DNA from: Eledone cirrhosa
Taxonomy: Eukaryota
NCBI GenBank assembly: GCA_964016885.1
Contig: CAXHJY010000995.1
Coordinates: 12,892 to 76,891, forward strand
Direction of reading: 5' to 3'
DNA: 64,000 nt
Shown here: positions 31,188 to 45,310 of the stretch, piece after piece
Numbering within the stretch: the first letter of the stretch is position 1
Layout: the number at the start of each line of letters is the position of its first letter
The notes under the pieces: model-generated
What the model saw: only the letters and a program-made list of their open reading frames with translations
The model's database searches: none
What the model was told of the DNA's origin: nothing
Position numbers and translations under genes: made by a program

Positions 31188-31524
31188 TCATCATCATCAT
31201 CATACGTCCGCTTTTTTCCCTGCTTGCAAGGGTGGGACGGGAACTGATTCTGGCTGGGTTTCAACAGCTGGATGCCCTTCCTAACACCAACCTCATTTAC
31301 AGTGAGTGCTGGGTGCTTCTTTGCCGTGGCACCTCCACGACCACTTTGCAGTGGAATGATAGGGACCCCAGTCCCTATCATCTCATTTCTACAGCTTAGT
31401 AAACTGGAGCAATGTGAAATAAAGTGTCTTGCTCAAGGAAACAACACATCACCTGGTCTGCGAATTGAACTCACAACCTTTCGATTGCAAGGCCAATGCT
31501 CTAACCACTAAGCCATGTGCCTCC
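31188..31524 (-). mobile_element. SINE family A
   Basis: Full-length homolog of 12350-12669. Confidence 0.88.
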
Positions 31525-31792
31525 ATTATATATATGTGTGTATATATATTCATTCATTAATATAACAGATTAAAGTTTAAGCAAAGAATTGCTGCTTTCA
31601 CCCTTAAGGGGATCTATTCACACACACACCTCGTATGTTTTATACCTATGGTGATGATGATGATAAATATCTGTTTGCTACTTAATTCATTGAGAATATT
31701 TTTGCTGTTCCAAGACAGAGAGAGATTACTCGGTGCAGATTCTATGAAATCTGTTGTTGCTGTCTTTATATATGTTCTGGTTGGTTGGACAT

Positions 31793-32187
31793 CATGTGGC
31801 CTAGTGGGTAGACATTTTGTTGCATGGCACCATGTGGCCTAGTGGGTAGACATTTTGTTGTATGGCACCATCTGGCCTAGTGGTTAGACATTTTGTTGCA
31901 TGGCACCATGTGACCTAGTGGGTAGACATTTTGTTGCATGGCACCATGTGGCCTAGTGGGTAGACATTTTGTTGCATGGCACCATGTGGCCTAGTGGGTA
32001 GACATTTTGTTGCATGGCACCATGTGGCCTAGTGGGTAGACGTTTTGTTGTATGGCACCATGTGGCCTAGTGGGTAGACATTTTGTTGTATGGCGCCATG
32101 TGGCCTAGTGGGTAGACATTTTGTTGCATAGCACCATGTGGCCTAGTGGGTAGATGTTTTCTTGTATGGCACCATGTGGCCTAGTGG
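31793..32187 (+). repeat. 38-bp minisatellite (~10 copies) built on a SINE A-box
   Basis: Unit catgtggcctagtgggtagacattttgttgcatggcac; the last unit continues into a decayed SINE-A-like body. Confidence 0.9.
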
Positions 32188-32732
32188 TTAGGATATTAGG
32201 CACATGATCATATGGTTGTGGGGTTGATTTCTAACTCGGATGACTCGTTCTTTCTTGAGCTACATACTTCATTTCAAAGAGTGTCGGACGCCATACTTTG
32301 CAGCATAGTCATGGCCATTACGTTTCTGAGTTCAAATCCCGCTGAATTTAACTTTGCTTTTCATCCTTAAGAGGTCAATAAAATAAAGTACCAGTAATGC
32401 ACTGGAGTATTTGCAGGCTTTGTGCCAAAGGTAGAAACAATTATTATTATTGAAGTATCTAACGACTTTAATGACTTGCATCCCTCTCACTTTTTAAAAT
32501 TTTTTACTTAAAGTAAAGTTGGATTTGAAGGAGATTTGATTGTTATGTCTAGCTGGTTGAATGTCCACATAGATCCTTAGGCTAGTTTTTGTTAGCTCAG
32601 TTCAATGGTGAGATGGTCAGCCAGTCATGATTGAAGTGGCAAACATCATATATAAAAGGACCAGATATTGATTTATGGTTCAGCTTGATCAAACTGATCC
32701 AAATGTTTCAGCTGTCCATATACTATATTTAT

Positions 32733-32768
<36 letters not shown>

Positions 32769-34480
32769 CTCTTCTCATACCGGCTTTTATCATACAAAAC
32801 TGCTTGTTTTAAAGTATTCATATTTTTATATCAAAACTTTCCAACATAATTTTATCTAAGATAACCTTATGTTTCAAACATCAGCTTCATAATGAAAGAA
32901 TTGCCGGATATACTTGAATATAAGTCTACCCCACTATTTCATGTCTGAGAAATGGGCAAAACTACAAACCTTATTTATGTAGAATTTGAAGTTGGGTAAA
33001 ATTGTCAAACTATTGACCCCGAATACAAGCTGACACCCGTTCTACCATTGATTTTCTTTTCTTTTTGTTGGTGACAATATTCCTTAGCTTATATTTGAGT
33101 ATATACAATAGTTATTTTACTAAATCAATTAAAAATTGGCAGAAATATGGTAATGAAAGAGTTAAAGTCTGTCCGCAGCCAGGAATTCATCAGCCAAAGC
33201 TTATTCTTGTGTGGTGGGCAAGTGTTAAGCAACTAGATGTACAAGACTTCCCAATGGGATACCAGTCCAGTTTGTTGCAAGGTTAGCGTCAGGCCAGTCT
33301 ATCCCACCCATCTATTACTTTCTGCTGATAATCATTTATTTTCAGCTGAGTGGACTGGAGCGATATAAGAATGAAGTGAAGTGCCTTGCTCAAGGACACT
33401 AAATGAGTCTTGAACACTCTTTGCTTTTCTTATAACTTTATTGCTGAAGCAATGACAAAAGAAGTTCTCAACACATCTGAGTTCACGAGTAAGCCATTTG
33501 CAAAGTGATGAAAGAGCTTTGGCATTTAACGAAGAAGTGTTCCACAACAAGAGTTCCATAAGGAGCAAGCGTGTATGCTCTATTGTATAAACCCGTAAGA
33601 AATACAATGGATGAAATGGAACATGCACAGTCTGATTTGTATTCCTCTAGACACATGCTGTTCGGTCCATAAATGAAACCCACAACCATACAAACCTAAA
33701 TAAGTCCGTCACCCTAACCACTAGGCCACAAATCCTTCACACATTTATTAATAGGTGAGGCAGTGTTAGTGTACTAAATTAGTAATTTATACACTCAAAC
33801 AACTGTTTCTTTCTTTGGCACTGTTTTGTTTTTATGTTGATTTTGTTGGTTCTTCTATTTTCTGCTGGTATTAATGGTATGTTTAACACATAGGTGGCGG
33901 TATTGTAGGTAAACGGTTGGTAGATGGGTAGGTGGAGGTATTGTAGGTAAAAGGTGGGTAGGTGGCTAGGTAGTAACTATCTAGCTAGCCATAAAAGTCA
34001 CTGCTTAAACTTAGTAGGTTGTCGAAAGTATTCTTATATTCTAGCTTATTTTCTTTTGTTTTTTTGGCTCAGGCCCAGACTGATAACAGTTGGTGTGCTG
34101 TATGTACTTAAAATATAGTCTCAAAGACAAGCTGAAGAACTTTGTGGTGGTGGTGGTGGTTGTTGTGGTGGTATTTGTGGTTATAGTGGTAGTGATTGTA
34201 GTGGTGGTGATGGTGGTAGTGATTGTGGTGATGTTGGTGATGGTAGTGGCGGTGATGCAGTTTTGACATTTCCAATATGATATCTCAGTATCTTTACATA
34301 GACATGATATCTCAGAGCTTGAGTTGAGTTAAATGTGTGGGGTGGGTGTAACAACACCCCCCACAACATCCCGACCACCCCACACTCGACTGAGTGAAGA
34401 AGCAGCTGAAGTGAAATGATGAAACTGTGATCAAAACCATTTATGTTCACCAGACTAATGATATTTTACACACACATACA

Positions 34481-34532
<52 letters not shown>

Positions 34533-34864
34533 GGTGGTGAAATAGGATGGGTGTTATTTTTTTATTTTTTTTATCTATCTTGTGTTTTGTTTTTGCAATA
34601 TCATCATTTCATCTCCTCTCAGGTGAGGAGAGAGATATGAGTGAGCCAAAATAACCCTTTTTTATGTCGGTGGGTGGTTAGGTGGTGTAGTGTAGCATCA
34701 GTATGGCATCTAAATACTGATGTGGTGGAGTGTGTGGCTCTGAGTCTTGAGGAGGTGGTGGTGTGGAGGAACAACCCATTCCAGAAAAAGTAGTAGTTTT
34801 CTATGATGGGAGTATAGGTTTATAATAAATCCCTTCATTAGCATCCGCCTCCTTTTATATTATC

Positions 34865-35320
34865 TTCACCATCATCTACACCATCATCACCATCATCACC
34901 ATCTACACCATCATCACCATCATCTACATCACCATCATCTACATCACCATCTACATCATCACCATCTACATTATCACCATCTACATTATCACCATCTACA
35001 TTATCACCATCTACATTATCACCATCATCTACATCACCATCATCTACATCACCATCATCTACATGATCACCATCATCTACATGATCACCATCATCTACAT
35101 GATCACCATCATCTACATGATCACCATCATCTACATGATCACCATCATCTACATGATCACCATCATCTACATGATCACCATCATCTACATGATCACCATC
35201 ATCTACATGATCACCATCATCTACATCATCACCATCATCACCATCTACATCATCATCACCATCTACATCATCATCACCATCTACATCACCATCTACATCA
35301 CCATCTACATCACCATCATC
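34865..35320. repeat. (CAT/CAC)-derived 18-bp minisatellite
   Basis: atcaccatcatctacatg units. Confidence 0.9.
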
Positions 35321-35679
35321 AACCTAGTAAAGTACATATGGTATAGTTCAAGTGATTATAGGGAGGGTTGTGAGAGGAGGGGGGGGGGGGGGTCATTGAT
35401 CCTCAGATCTTCTGCCAATCTCTAACTTTGTACACCTTCACTCTTACATCCTTGCAGTCACCTTGAGAAACTACTGATGATGGTAATCGTTTCCCCTTTT
35501 TTGGCACAAGACCAGAATCAGCCCCAGTGCATTACTGGTACTTTATTTTATCGACGCCTGTAAGGATGAAAGGCAAAGCTATTCTCAGTGGGATTTGAAC
35601 TTGAACATAAAGGGCCGTAACTCTACACTGTAAAGTATGTTGTCTGACGCTCTACCGATAATGCCAATCCACTGCCATC

Positions 35680-36021
35680 ATCATCATCATCATCATCATC
35701 ATTTTATGTCCACTTTTCCCTGCTTGCAAGGGTGGGACGGGAACTGATTCTGGCTTGATTTCTACAGCTGGATGCCCTTCCTAACACCAACCTCATTTAC
35801 AGTGAGTGCTGGGTGCTTTCTTGCCGTGGCACCTCCACGACCACTTTGCAGTGGAATGATAGGGACCCCAGTCGCTATCATCTCATTTCTACAGCTGAGT
35901 AAACTGGAGCAATGTGAAATAAAGTGTCTTGCTCAAGGAAACAACACATCACCCGGTCTGAGGATTGAACTCACAACCTTTCGATTGCAAGGCCAATGCT
36001 CTAACCACTAAGCCATGTGCC
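35680..36021 (-). mobile_element. SINE family A
   Basis: Full-length homolog. Confidence 0.88.
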
Positions 36022-36127
36022 ATCATAATAATAATAATTTTCTAATTTTGGCACAAGGCCAGCAATTACCCTTGCATTACTGGTACTTTATTTTATCGAC
36101 CTCGTAAGGATAATAATAATAATAAAA

Positions 36128-36510
36128 GGAATATATTCTCAGGCATGGTAGAGTTGGGACCTTCGTACACTGGAAGTTATGCCAGCATTATGAAATACCA
36201 ACAGAAAAAAGATGGTACAAACACACACCAGAAAAAGTGTCAGAGAATGACAAAGCAACCATTCTCTGGGATAAGCCAATATGTCCAGACAGAGAACAAA
36301 GCCAACCAACCAGATATTATAGTAAAAAAAAACCACAAAGAAAACAAATGCCTTCTAATAGATGTATTATTCCCCACAGACAATATATTTTCCAAGGAAA
36401 TAGAGAAACTCTCCAAATATATAGAGATAGAAATAATTCAAATGTGGAAAATAAAACCAGAAACGATCTAGAATACAATAAAGGGAGGAGTGCGGGACTG
36501 TCCTGAATAT
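36128..36510 (+). mobile_element. R4/Dong-clade LINE fragment (restriction-like endonuclease), part 1
   Basis: ENDKATILWD...NQPDIIV...CLLIDV...KEIEKLSKY...EIIQMWK; preceded by (TAA)n. Confidence 0.8.
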
Positions 36511-36644
36511 ATATTTTTATCCCGTTTGTAAAATAAGTTGGATTACTTTGAATAAATAATGAATGAATATTATATAATTTATAATAATATTATATAATTT
36601 ATAAATAATGAATGAATATTATATAATATTATATAATTTATAAA

Positions 36645-36835
36645 GGCGGTGGATTGGCAGTATCGGTAGAGGGTCGGACGCCATACTTTGACGCATAGAG
36701 TTACGGCCCTTGCCATTCTGAGTTCAAATCCCGCCGAGGTTAACTTTGCCTTTCATCCTTACGGGGTCGATAAAATAAAGTACCAGTAATGTACTGGGTA
36801 ATTTCTGGCCTTGTGCCAATAGTAGAAACAATTAT
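36645..36835 (+). mobile_element. SINE family B (tRNA-like head), representative copy
   Basis: ggcggtggattggcag...gagttcaaatcccgccgaggttaactttgcctttcatccttacggggtcgataaaataaagtaccag...ggccttgtgccaa; more than 10 full or partial copies in the window. Confidence 0.85.
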
Positions 36836-36889
36836 ATAATTTATCTACTAAATTTTGTATCACATGATTAGACATAAATAATTTCATGT

Positions 36890-37195
36890 ATTGCTTATTT
36901 CAAGATACACTTTTAAAAATTTAAAATTTCAACTTCCGGTATATGTAGTTAGCTGACAGATCACGGTGTTTTAGGATTTTATTCCGTTTGGCTGCGAACG
37001 CAGCAGCTCTCGCTCTTACTGCTGCATCTAGGATAAGGGAAGAGGCAAACAAAGTCACTAACTGTGACTTCCCAGATAAGGTACCTGCCTCTTGACCAGG
37101 GGCTCAGAGTAAGACCGTCGGGTCTTTTCCCTTCAATGCTGGACAACCGAGACGGTTCGAAAATTGAGGGGATGTTTGTCTGGGCCAAAGCTCTT
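36890..37195 (-). mobile_element. CRE-like non-LTR retrotransposon C-terminal fragment
   Basis: EPSRL...GKRPDGLTLSPWSRGRYLIWEVTVSD, a restriction-like endonuclease motif. Confidence 0.7.
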
Positions 37196-37349
37196 AAGTG
37201 GTAATGGGTCAGTGTGTGTGTATGTGCGCACGCGAGTTTGTCGGCATTCTTAAATTAGCGACGTGTGTGTCACTGTTTTTAAGTTAGACATATATATGTG
37301 CGTATCCCCTTCATTCCTTTTACACACACAAACACACACATTGTGTGAC

Positions 37350-37955
37350 GGACATATGGACAGAAGTCCCTCAAATTTATATTCATTTGAATGGAGTTCC
37401 ACCGAAGCAGTTAGAGAAGTTCAAGTATCTTGGAGCCGTGTCCATGAGTGGTAGAAGGCAGGAGGCTGAATTAAGTGCTAGAATTGCAACAGCTGGTACA
37501 GTCATGCTTCATTATTCAGTAATCAGTAGGGAGGTAGGTGTAAAAGCCAAACTCGCTGTCTTCCTGTTATTCTTGCGAACACTTGCCTAGGGTCATGAAT
37601 CTTAGGTAATGACCGAAAGAATACGATTGTAAATACAAGCGGCCGAAATGGGGTTCCTCCGAAGGGTCTTTGGAGTAACTTTAGTTGCATAGCTCAGAGA
37701 CCAGAGAGTCACTCCTGGTAGAGCCGCTACTTCTCCGAATTGAGAGATCACCACTCCGATATTATGGGCATGTGGTTAGAATGTCTTGGGAAAGAATTTT
37801 ACAGGCAAAAACCAACTGGCAGGAGACCCAGAGGTAGACCCTGAGCAAGATGGTTGGATAATATCCATGAGCTTGGCTGGTCACGCTTTGGGATCTAGCT
37901 GGATCAGTTAAAGATGTTTGCTTCTGACAGACACGCTGGAAGGAGTGTTTGAGAA
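37350..37955 (+). mobile_element. RTE (Expander-like) LINE fragment, decayed
   Basis: LEKFKYLG...GHES.VMTE...QAAEMGFLRR...VEPLLLRIERS..RYYGHVVRM. Confidence 0.8.
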
Positions 37956-37959
37956 GGAT

Positions 37960-38120
37960 ATACAGCATACAAAAGATGGCACTACTTGGCACTACACACA
38001 CATACTACGAAAAGTACTATCAATACAATAGAAACATCAGCAAAAACTACACTGCAGATACCTAGGGTGCACAGAGCTGTGCTCGGTAAAGCAGTAATGA
38101 TGTGCAATGGAAATAATAAT
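37960..38120 (+). mobile_element. R4/Dong LINE extreme 3' end, part 2
   Basis: IQKMALLGTTHILRKVLSIQ*, then a short UTR and an aataataat tail. Confidence 0.7.
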
Positions 38121-39171
38121 TGTTTCTACTTTTGGCACAAGGCCAGCAATTATCCCAGTGTATTACTGGTGCTTTATTTTATCAAACCCCCCCCCCCCCC
38201 CCCCCCCCCGTAAGGATGAAATAATGATAACCTAAAGGTGACTTCCAAGTTATTGTTTGTCTTTCTCTCTCTACCCAAATACCCATATCAGTTTTGTTCC
38301 TGCAGTAAACATATAATTGAAGGTGTTCCATAGTATATCTAGGACTACATCATTGAATGTGTCCTTGCTAACATATAAGACTGTACGCTGTAGTTTGAAG
38401 GTGACATACAAATTAGGAGTAAATGTTTTTCCCTGCCAGAAAATGAGAGGAATGGGTGTAGTAACTATGTTTTACATTAATTTCGGGATTGCTGTTTTCC
38501 TACTTCATAACTTTTTACATCAATTTACTGTTGTTTTTTGTCCCCGATGTATTTATTCATAGGTTTTGTTTTTATATTACTTTCTGGGGTTAATTTGTTG
38601 GTTTTTTTTTGTCTCATAGATTTTTCTTCATGGGTGTGTTTACATTAAGTTGAGGCTTTGACCCTTAAATACATTAAGGAGTGAGAAAAGATATCCTACA
38701 GATACCGGACCCAAATGTTTGCAACAGTGTAGACCCCTAGTAAAAAAAATGACACTCAAGCTGTCACGTGTGGTAGTGGTGGTGTTAAACTGAACTAAGT
38801 TCAATCTCCAGGTTGGACACAACAAGATTTAAACTCAGAACCAACAAACCAAATGGTTGGAAGACATTGCTCATGGCTTCTGGTCCAATGCTCTAACAAT
38901 TTTACCTTCTCCCAATTCTCCGCCCATTAGCTGATTCAAGGAATTTCTTCTGCTAGTTGGGTTTGGTTATTCAAAAAATTTGGGTCCTGCCCCCCGCCGG
39001 TTAGATGGAATCTTGTGGAGATTTTCTTTGTTTCTCTTTATTTTCTGTTGAGTGTGTGTGTGTGCGTAAATATGTACACAGTAAAATAGTTACACAGATG
39101 AACTGGCAACTGCATCTTTATCTCCTCAGCCACCTGCTGGCATGCAATTTCGTGCGCGCACACACTCACAC

Positions 39172-39223
<52 letters not shown>

Positions 39224-39479
39224 CACACACACACGCACACACACACGCGCACACATTCAGTTTCTGCTATCTTGACAGTACAGATTCTGAAGTGCTTCAA
39301 GCACTGAACTAAGGCCAAACCTTAAGTGTGTGTGCCAAACAATCTGAAATTCTTCTTCCGAGATAATTCCTGGCATCTGCTTTTTATTTTATTTTTTATT
39401 TTTGTGAGAAGTTCTTCAGCCTCATATATTACCCACCTCATGGTTGCTGTCTCAGATTATTGGGATTCTATTATGGCGA

Positions 39480-39705
39480 TTAACCCTTTACCATTTACAT
39501 TACTCTATATATACTATTATATTTTCATGGTAAAGGCTTTACCTCCCATAATTATTTTCCATGGTATCGAATCTATGAGATTTTGATATTTATTTTGAGA
39601 ACAATATCTTAACATCAGTATGAGCAGCTGGTTACAGCCAGTTTGAACAGAAAGACGTGAGAGAATTCTGGCCAGATACGACTGATTTAAATACTAAAGG
39701 GTTAA
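39480..39705 (+). mobile_element. piggyBac-type MITE
   Basis: TTAA-ccctttaccattta...taaatactaaaggg-TTAA. Confidence 0.8.
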
Positions 39706-39709
39706 ATAA

Positions 39710-39932
39710 TGGTTTCTTATATAGGCACAAGGCCAGCAATTTTGGAGGGAGGGATGGAAAAGTTGATGAAATTGATCCCAGTGCATAACTGGTACTTTAT
39801 TTTATCGACCCCGTAAGGATGAAAGGCAAAGTTAACTGCGGCGAGATTTGAACTTGGATCATAAAGGGCCGTAACTCTATGCGGCAAAGCATGGCGTCCG
39901 ACCCTCTACCGATACTGTCAATCCACCGCCCT
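39710..39932 (-). mobile_element. SINE family B with a TSD overlapping the MITE end
   Basis: taaagggttaaataatg on both sides. Confidence 0.8.
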
Positions 39933-40282
39933 TAAAGGGTTAAATAATGCCACCTTAATTCCTCGCTGTTGGAAATATTTAGTCAACAACAAGCAGGGGT
40001 TACCCTTGTAGGAAAGATAGGGCTCCACGGCAAACTTTCCATTTTACCCTCTTGTCTGAATTTCCTTCCTCACCAACCCCTAGACTTTCATTTCCTCCTC
40101 CACCATCTTTGGACATGTCTTTCTTCCTCTACTTCTATCCACATTAATTTCCATCACTTCTATCACCCAGTTTCTTTCATCCGTCCTCAACACAAGACCC
40201 ATCCATCTCACTCCATTTCTCTTTGTAATATTCATCACTGGCTCTATTCCTCTCACCCACTTCCCTTTATTATAGTTAAGAT

Positions 40283-41241
40283 GATATGGTAATGAAAGGG
40301 TTAATGACATAGTGTCTTTCATTAGAAATATGGTAATGAAAGGGTTAATGACATAGACACTGTCTTTTATTAGAAATATGGTAATGAAAGGGTTAATGAC
40401 ATAGACACTGTCTTTCATTAGAAATATGGTAATGAAAGGTTTAATGACATAGGCAGTGTCTTTCATTAGAAATATGGTAATGAAAGGGTTAATGACATAG
40501 GCAGTGTCTTTCATTAGAAATATGGTAATGAAAGGGTTAATGACATAGGCAGTGCCTTTCATTAGAAATATGGTAATGAAAGGGTTAATGACATAGGCAG
40601 TGCCTTTCATTAGAAATATGGTAATGAAAGGGTTAATGACATAGGCAGTGTCTTTCATTAGAAATCTGGTAATGAAAGAGTTAATAACATAGACAGTGTC
40701 TTTCATTAGAAATATGGTAATGAAAGGGTTAATGACATAGACACTGTCTTTTATTAGAAATATGGTAATGAAAGGGTTAATGACATAGGCAGTGCCTTTC
40801 ATTAGAAATATGGTAATGAAAGGGTTAATGACATAGGCAGTGTCTTTCATTAGAAATCTGGTAATGAAAGAGTTAATAACATAGACAGTGTCTTTCATTA
40901 GAAATATTGTAATGAAAGGGTTAATGACATAGACAGTGTCTTTCATTAGAAATATGGTAATGAAAGGGTTAATGACATAGGTAGTCTGATTCATTAGAAA
41001 TATGCTAATGAAAGGGTTAATGACATAGACTGTCTTTCATTAGAAATATGGAAATGAAAGGGTTAATGACATAGACACTGTCTTTCATTAGAAATATGGT
41101 AATGCAAGGGTTAATGACATAGGTAGTGTCTTTCATTAGAAATATAGTAATGAAAGGGTTAATAACATAGACAGTGTCTTTCATTAGAAATATGGTAATG
41201 AAAGGGTTAATGACATAGACAGTGTCTTTCATTAGAAATAT
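40283..41241. repeat. 48-bp minisatellite, ~20 copies
   Basis: Unit atatggtaatgaaagggttaatgacatagacagtgtctttcattagaa. Confidence 0.95.
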
Positions 41242-42412
41242 TGTCAATTCTGGAGCTAAACAAGTGTATTGCTTATATATATGCACGCATAAATACATAC
41301 ATATACATATATATGTAAAAAGTTACAAGACAATAGCTGGCTTCCTTCAATAAAACTAGTATATGCATGCCTACTAATACCTCCCAGCAGGTGCTGACCT
41401 CTTTCACACACCTGTTAATTAAAAGACTGTAGACATTTTAGTATATTTCTATGTCTCTCTCTCTCTCTCCCCCCTCTTTCTCACATGTGTGACAACCAGC
41501 TTTACTTGAACCTTTAGCTTTTATGAAAGGGCAAGAGACAGTTGAGATGTGCGTTAGTATCTGTGTGTGTGTGTGTTAGTATCTGTGCGTGTGTGTTATG
41601 TATACGAATAGCGTGCTTGTAGATTTAATATAGAGACAGAACGTTGATAGGTGTATATATGTGTGTGTATGTATTTGAATACCCTTCTGGAAGTCTGTCT
41701 TGACAGTGCAGAGATAGACTCAGTTCATTGAAGTTTTTCCACTCTCCATATGTAGAATGTGAGACACGTGTGTGTGTGTGTGTGTGTGTTCTTCAAAATG
41801 GCTAAATAAACATGACTGCTTTTTCTAAAAAAAGAATTTTCATTTCTTCCTCTTCTCTCAATTTCCGCTTTTATTTTTGATAAAGGACTTGTGACCAAAA
41901 CGTTAAGACTCTTTTCCAACAATATAAGACACTAAACTAATATAAATCGTCGTAGTACTGCATTGTTTGTTTTGTTAGGCCTCACGCTATGGCAACCTCT
42001 GTGGTATTGGTGAGCTACATGATAAACACACCCAGTACATGCTGTAAAGTGGTTGATAATAGGAAAGGCATCCAGCCATAGAAAGCTTGCCAATGAAGGG
42101 TTCGGAGGACCCTTCACTTGTGTCAAGGACATGATGGCTTCCCTAGTGTTGGTGATCTACTTGATAAATACACCCAGTACATGCTGTAAAATGGTTGATA
42201 ATTGGAAGCCGTAAAAAGCTTGCCAGACAATATGTTTGGAGGACACTTCAGTTGACACACATTTAGAGATAGTGCAAGACCTTTCCTCACTTAGAAAAAC
42301 TTTCAAAGCACAGGCATTGCTTGTTCAGGATCTGTTACAGGTTCGTGTGGCTGGCTGTAGTCTAAAAGTGCACCAAACTCTATAATCTGACAGGCAATTG
42401 CAGCCATCATGC

Positions 42413-42452
<40 letters not shown>

Positions 42453-42453
42453 A

Positions 42454-42497
<44 letters not shown>

Positions 42498-42701
42498 GTT
42501 ACACCAATTAATTTACTGTACTAATTTTACACAAGTGATGATAGGTCACAGTTGTAACATCAAAAGAGTTTTATCTCAACAGACACAAATACCAATGTGT
42601 GTGTGTGTGTGTATATGAGTATATATGTATGGCTGTTCTTGAAGTCATGACAAGGAAGTGATTAAACAATTATTGCTGCTATCTTTCTTTACATCTCTCT
42701 T

Positions 42702-42746
<45 letters not shown>

Positions 42747-42858
42747 AAGGCCTATCATATGATAAAGATCAGATATGGGAAGTGGTTCCAGGTGAAATCA
42801 TCTATCTATCACTTGAGCAATCTCTTATCAAACTATTTGCTTATTTATTTATTTCAAA

Positions 42859-42968
<110 letters not shown>

Positions 42969-43393
42969 CGCTCTCTCTCTCTCTCTCTCTCTCTACTGCA
43001 CCTGGTGGACCAAATGATCCCATAGTTGCAGCTGATTGTTAATAAGACTCTGAGCTGCTCTTTTGTGAAACCTGTTACCTCCAAGTTGACCTCGTTGGGA
43101 TTTGAACTCAGAGAGCCAAAACAAATACTGCGAAGCATTCTATCTGATGTTTTAACGACTCTGCCAATTTGCCGCCTATGATTAGGAATAAAATATGTTA
43201 AACTGAAACTTGAATGATGAGCCCGCCTTGCCATATTCTGTCATGCTGAATTTTCCTAAGAACTATGTTAAAGATATGTGTGTCTTTGCTGCTTGTATGC
43301 CAGATTCATGAGCTGGCTGTTCCATTGTATCAACTGGAACATCCTAGCAGCTGACAGTGCCATACATGTGTGTGTGGTAGGTACAGTAATGTA

Positions 43394-43707
43394 CAGTGTA
43401 CCCCCGTGGTCCCGGTTATTCCCAGAATTTTCCTCAGAACCTAACTAATAATTGTTTGTGGAAATCACCGCATATTCGCGGAATTGTAAATATCTTCTGC
43501 CATCTTTTTATTTTTATGGCGTTTTTTTTCAGAGCAATATATATTTTTTTCACGTTTTTTAATACTAAATTATTAACAACAATAATATAGCGTATTTGCT
43601 GGCCTATATTTAATGTTATATATTGACATAGGTATTTTTATGGACCACGTTCAATATTCACGGGTTCTCTAGGAATGTAACCCCCCATGAACACTGTGGG
43701 ACAACAG
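43394..43707. mobile_element. Possible Tigger/pogo-like MITE
   Basis: ta-cagtgtacccccg start and a decayed reciprocal end gggacaacag-ta. Confidence 0.3.
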
Positions 43708-43801
43708 TATTTGAGAAATTATAACAGTAGCCTTTCTCATGGTTGTTGTTCCTTAAAGATTGAAACTGTTTTATCTTTGAATAAAATATATTCTGATAAT
43801 T

Positions 43802-44514
<713 letters not shown>

Positions 44515-44648
44515 AAAATTTTGCTCTACATATTCGCATGCCAACACAAGAGCAAGAATGAAGTGTTTCATTCTACTGACATGGCTATAAAATTGAGGCT
44601 TGGTTGCAAAATTGCAAACGGATCGAATGTTATTATTAATATTAAAAA

Positions 44649-44685
<37 letters not shown>

Positions 44686-45310
44686 GTGTGTGTCTGTGTC
44701 CCGGGTTCAGTCGGGGGTAACCACAGTAAGGTACTCAATACATTAGTAGAGTGTATACAACAAATGAAACAGTTCTAGTCCTGTAGAAGCCGTTTCTTTA
44801 TCAAATTTGTTTATATATGCGCAGAATGTTCAGTAAATCTGAAGAAAACTGGTGAGAGAACCAAAGTCAGCACTCAATGCAGAGCAGTGTATATAACAAC
44901 CAAGTGGAGATGTTACATAGGAGATTTATTGTTTAATCCTGGTTACAAATGTTTCTCAAGCAGCTGGCTCGTGATCTGGGATGGTACCCCAGACCAGACT
45001 CCAAGACCGCCTGATCCTCAGACCAGTGTTAACACAACATAAATCACATCAAATCTGTGGACAAGGTGTCAAATTTTCATTACGTTTATTGAAGTGTGAC
45101 ACTAGTTTCACGATTTATCAGCTCAAGGTTCAATCTGTGTTGATTGGGCCTCTGACTCTGGATTCAAAAACTCAGACTTCTGTTAGTGTAATGATGATGA
45201 TATATATAATCATCATTTTTACATTGACTTTTCTATGTTGGCAGAGGTTGGATGGGATTTTTTGAGGACATCTTTTCACCTGGAAGCACAAAATGTTCCT
45301 ATAGTGTATA

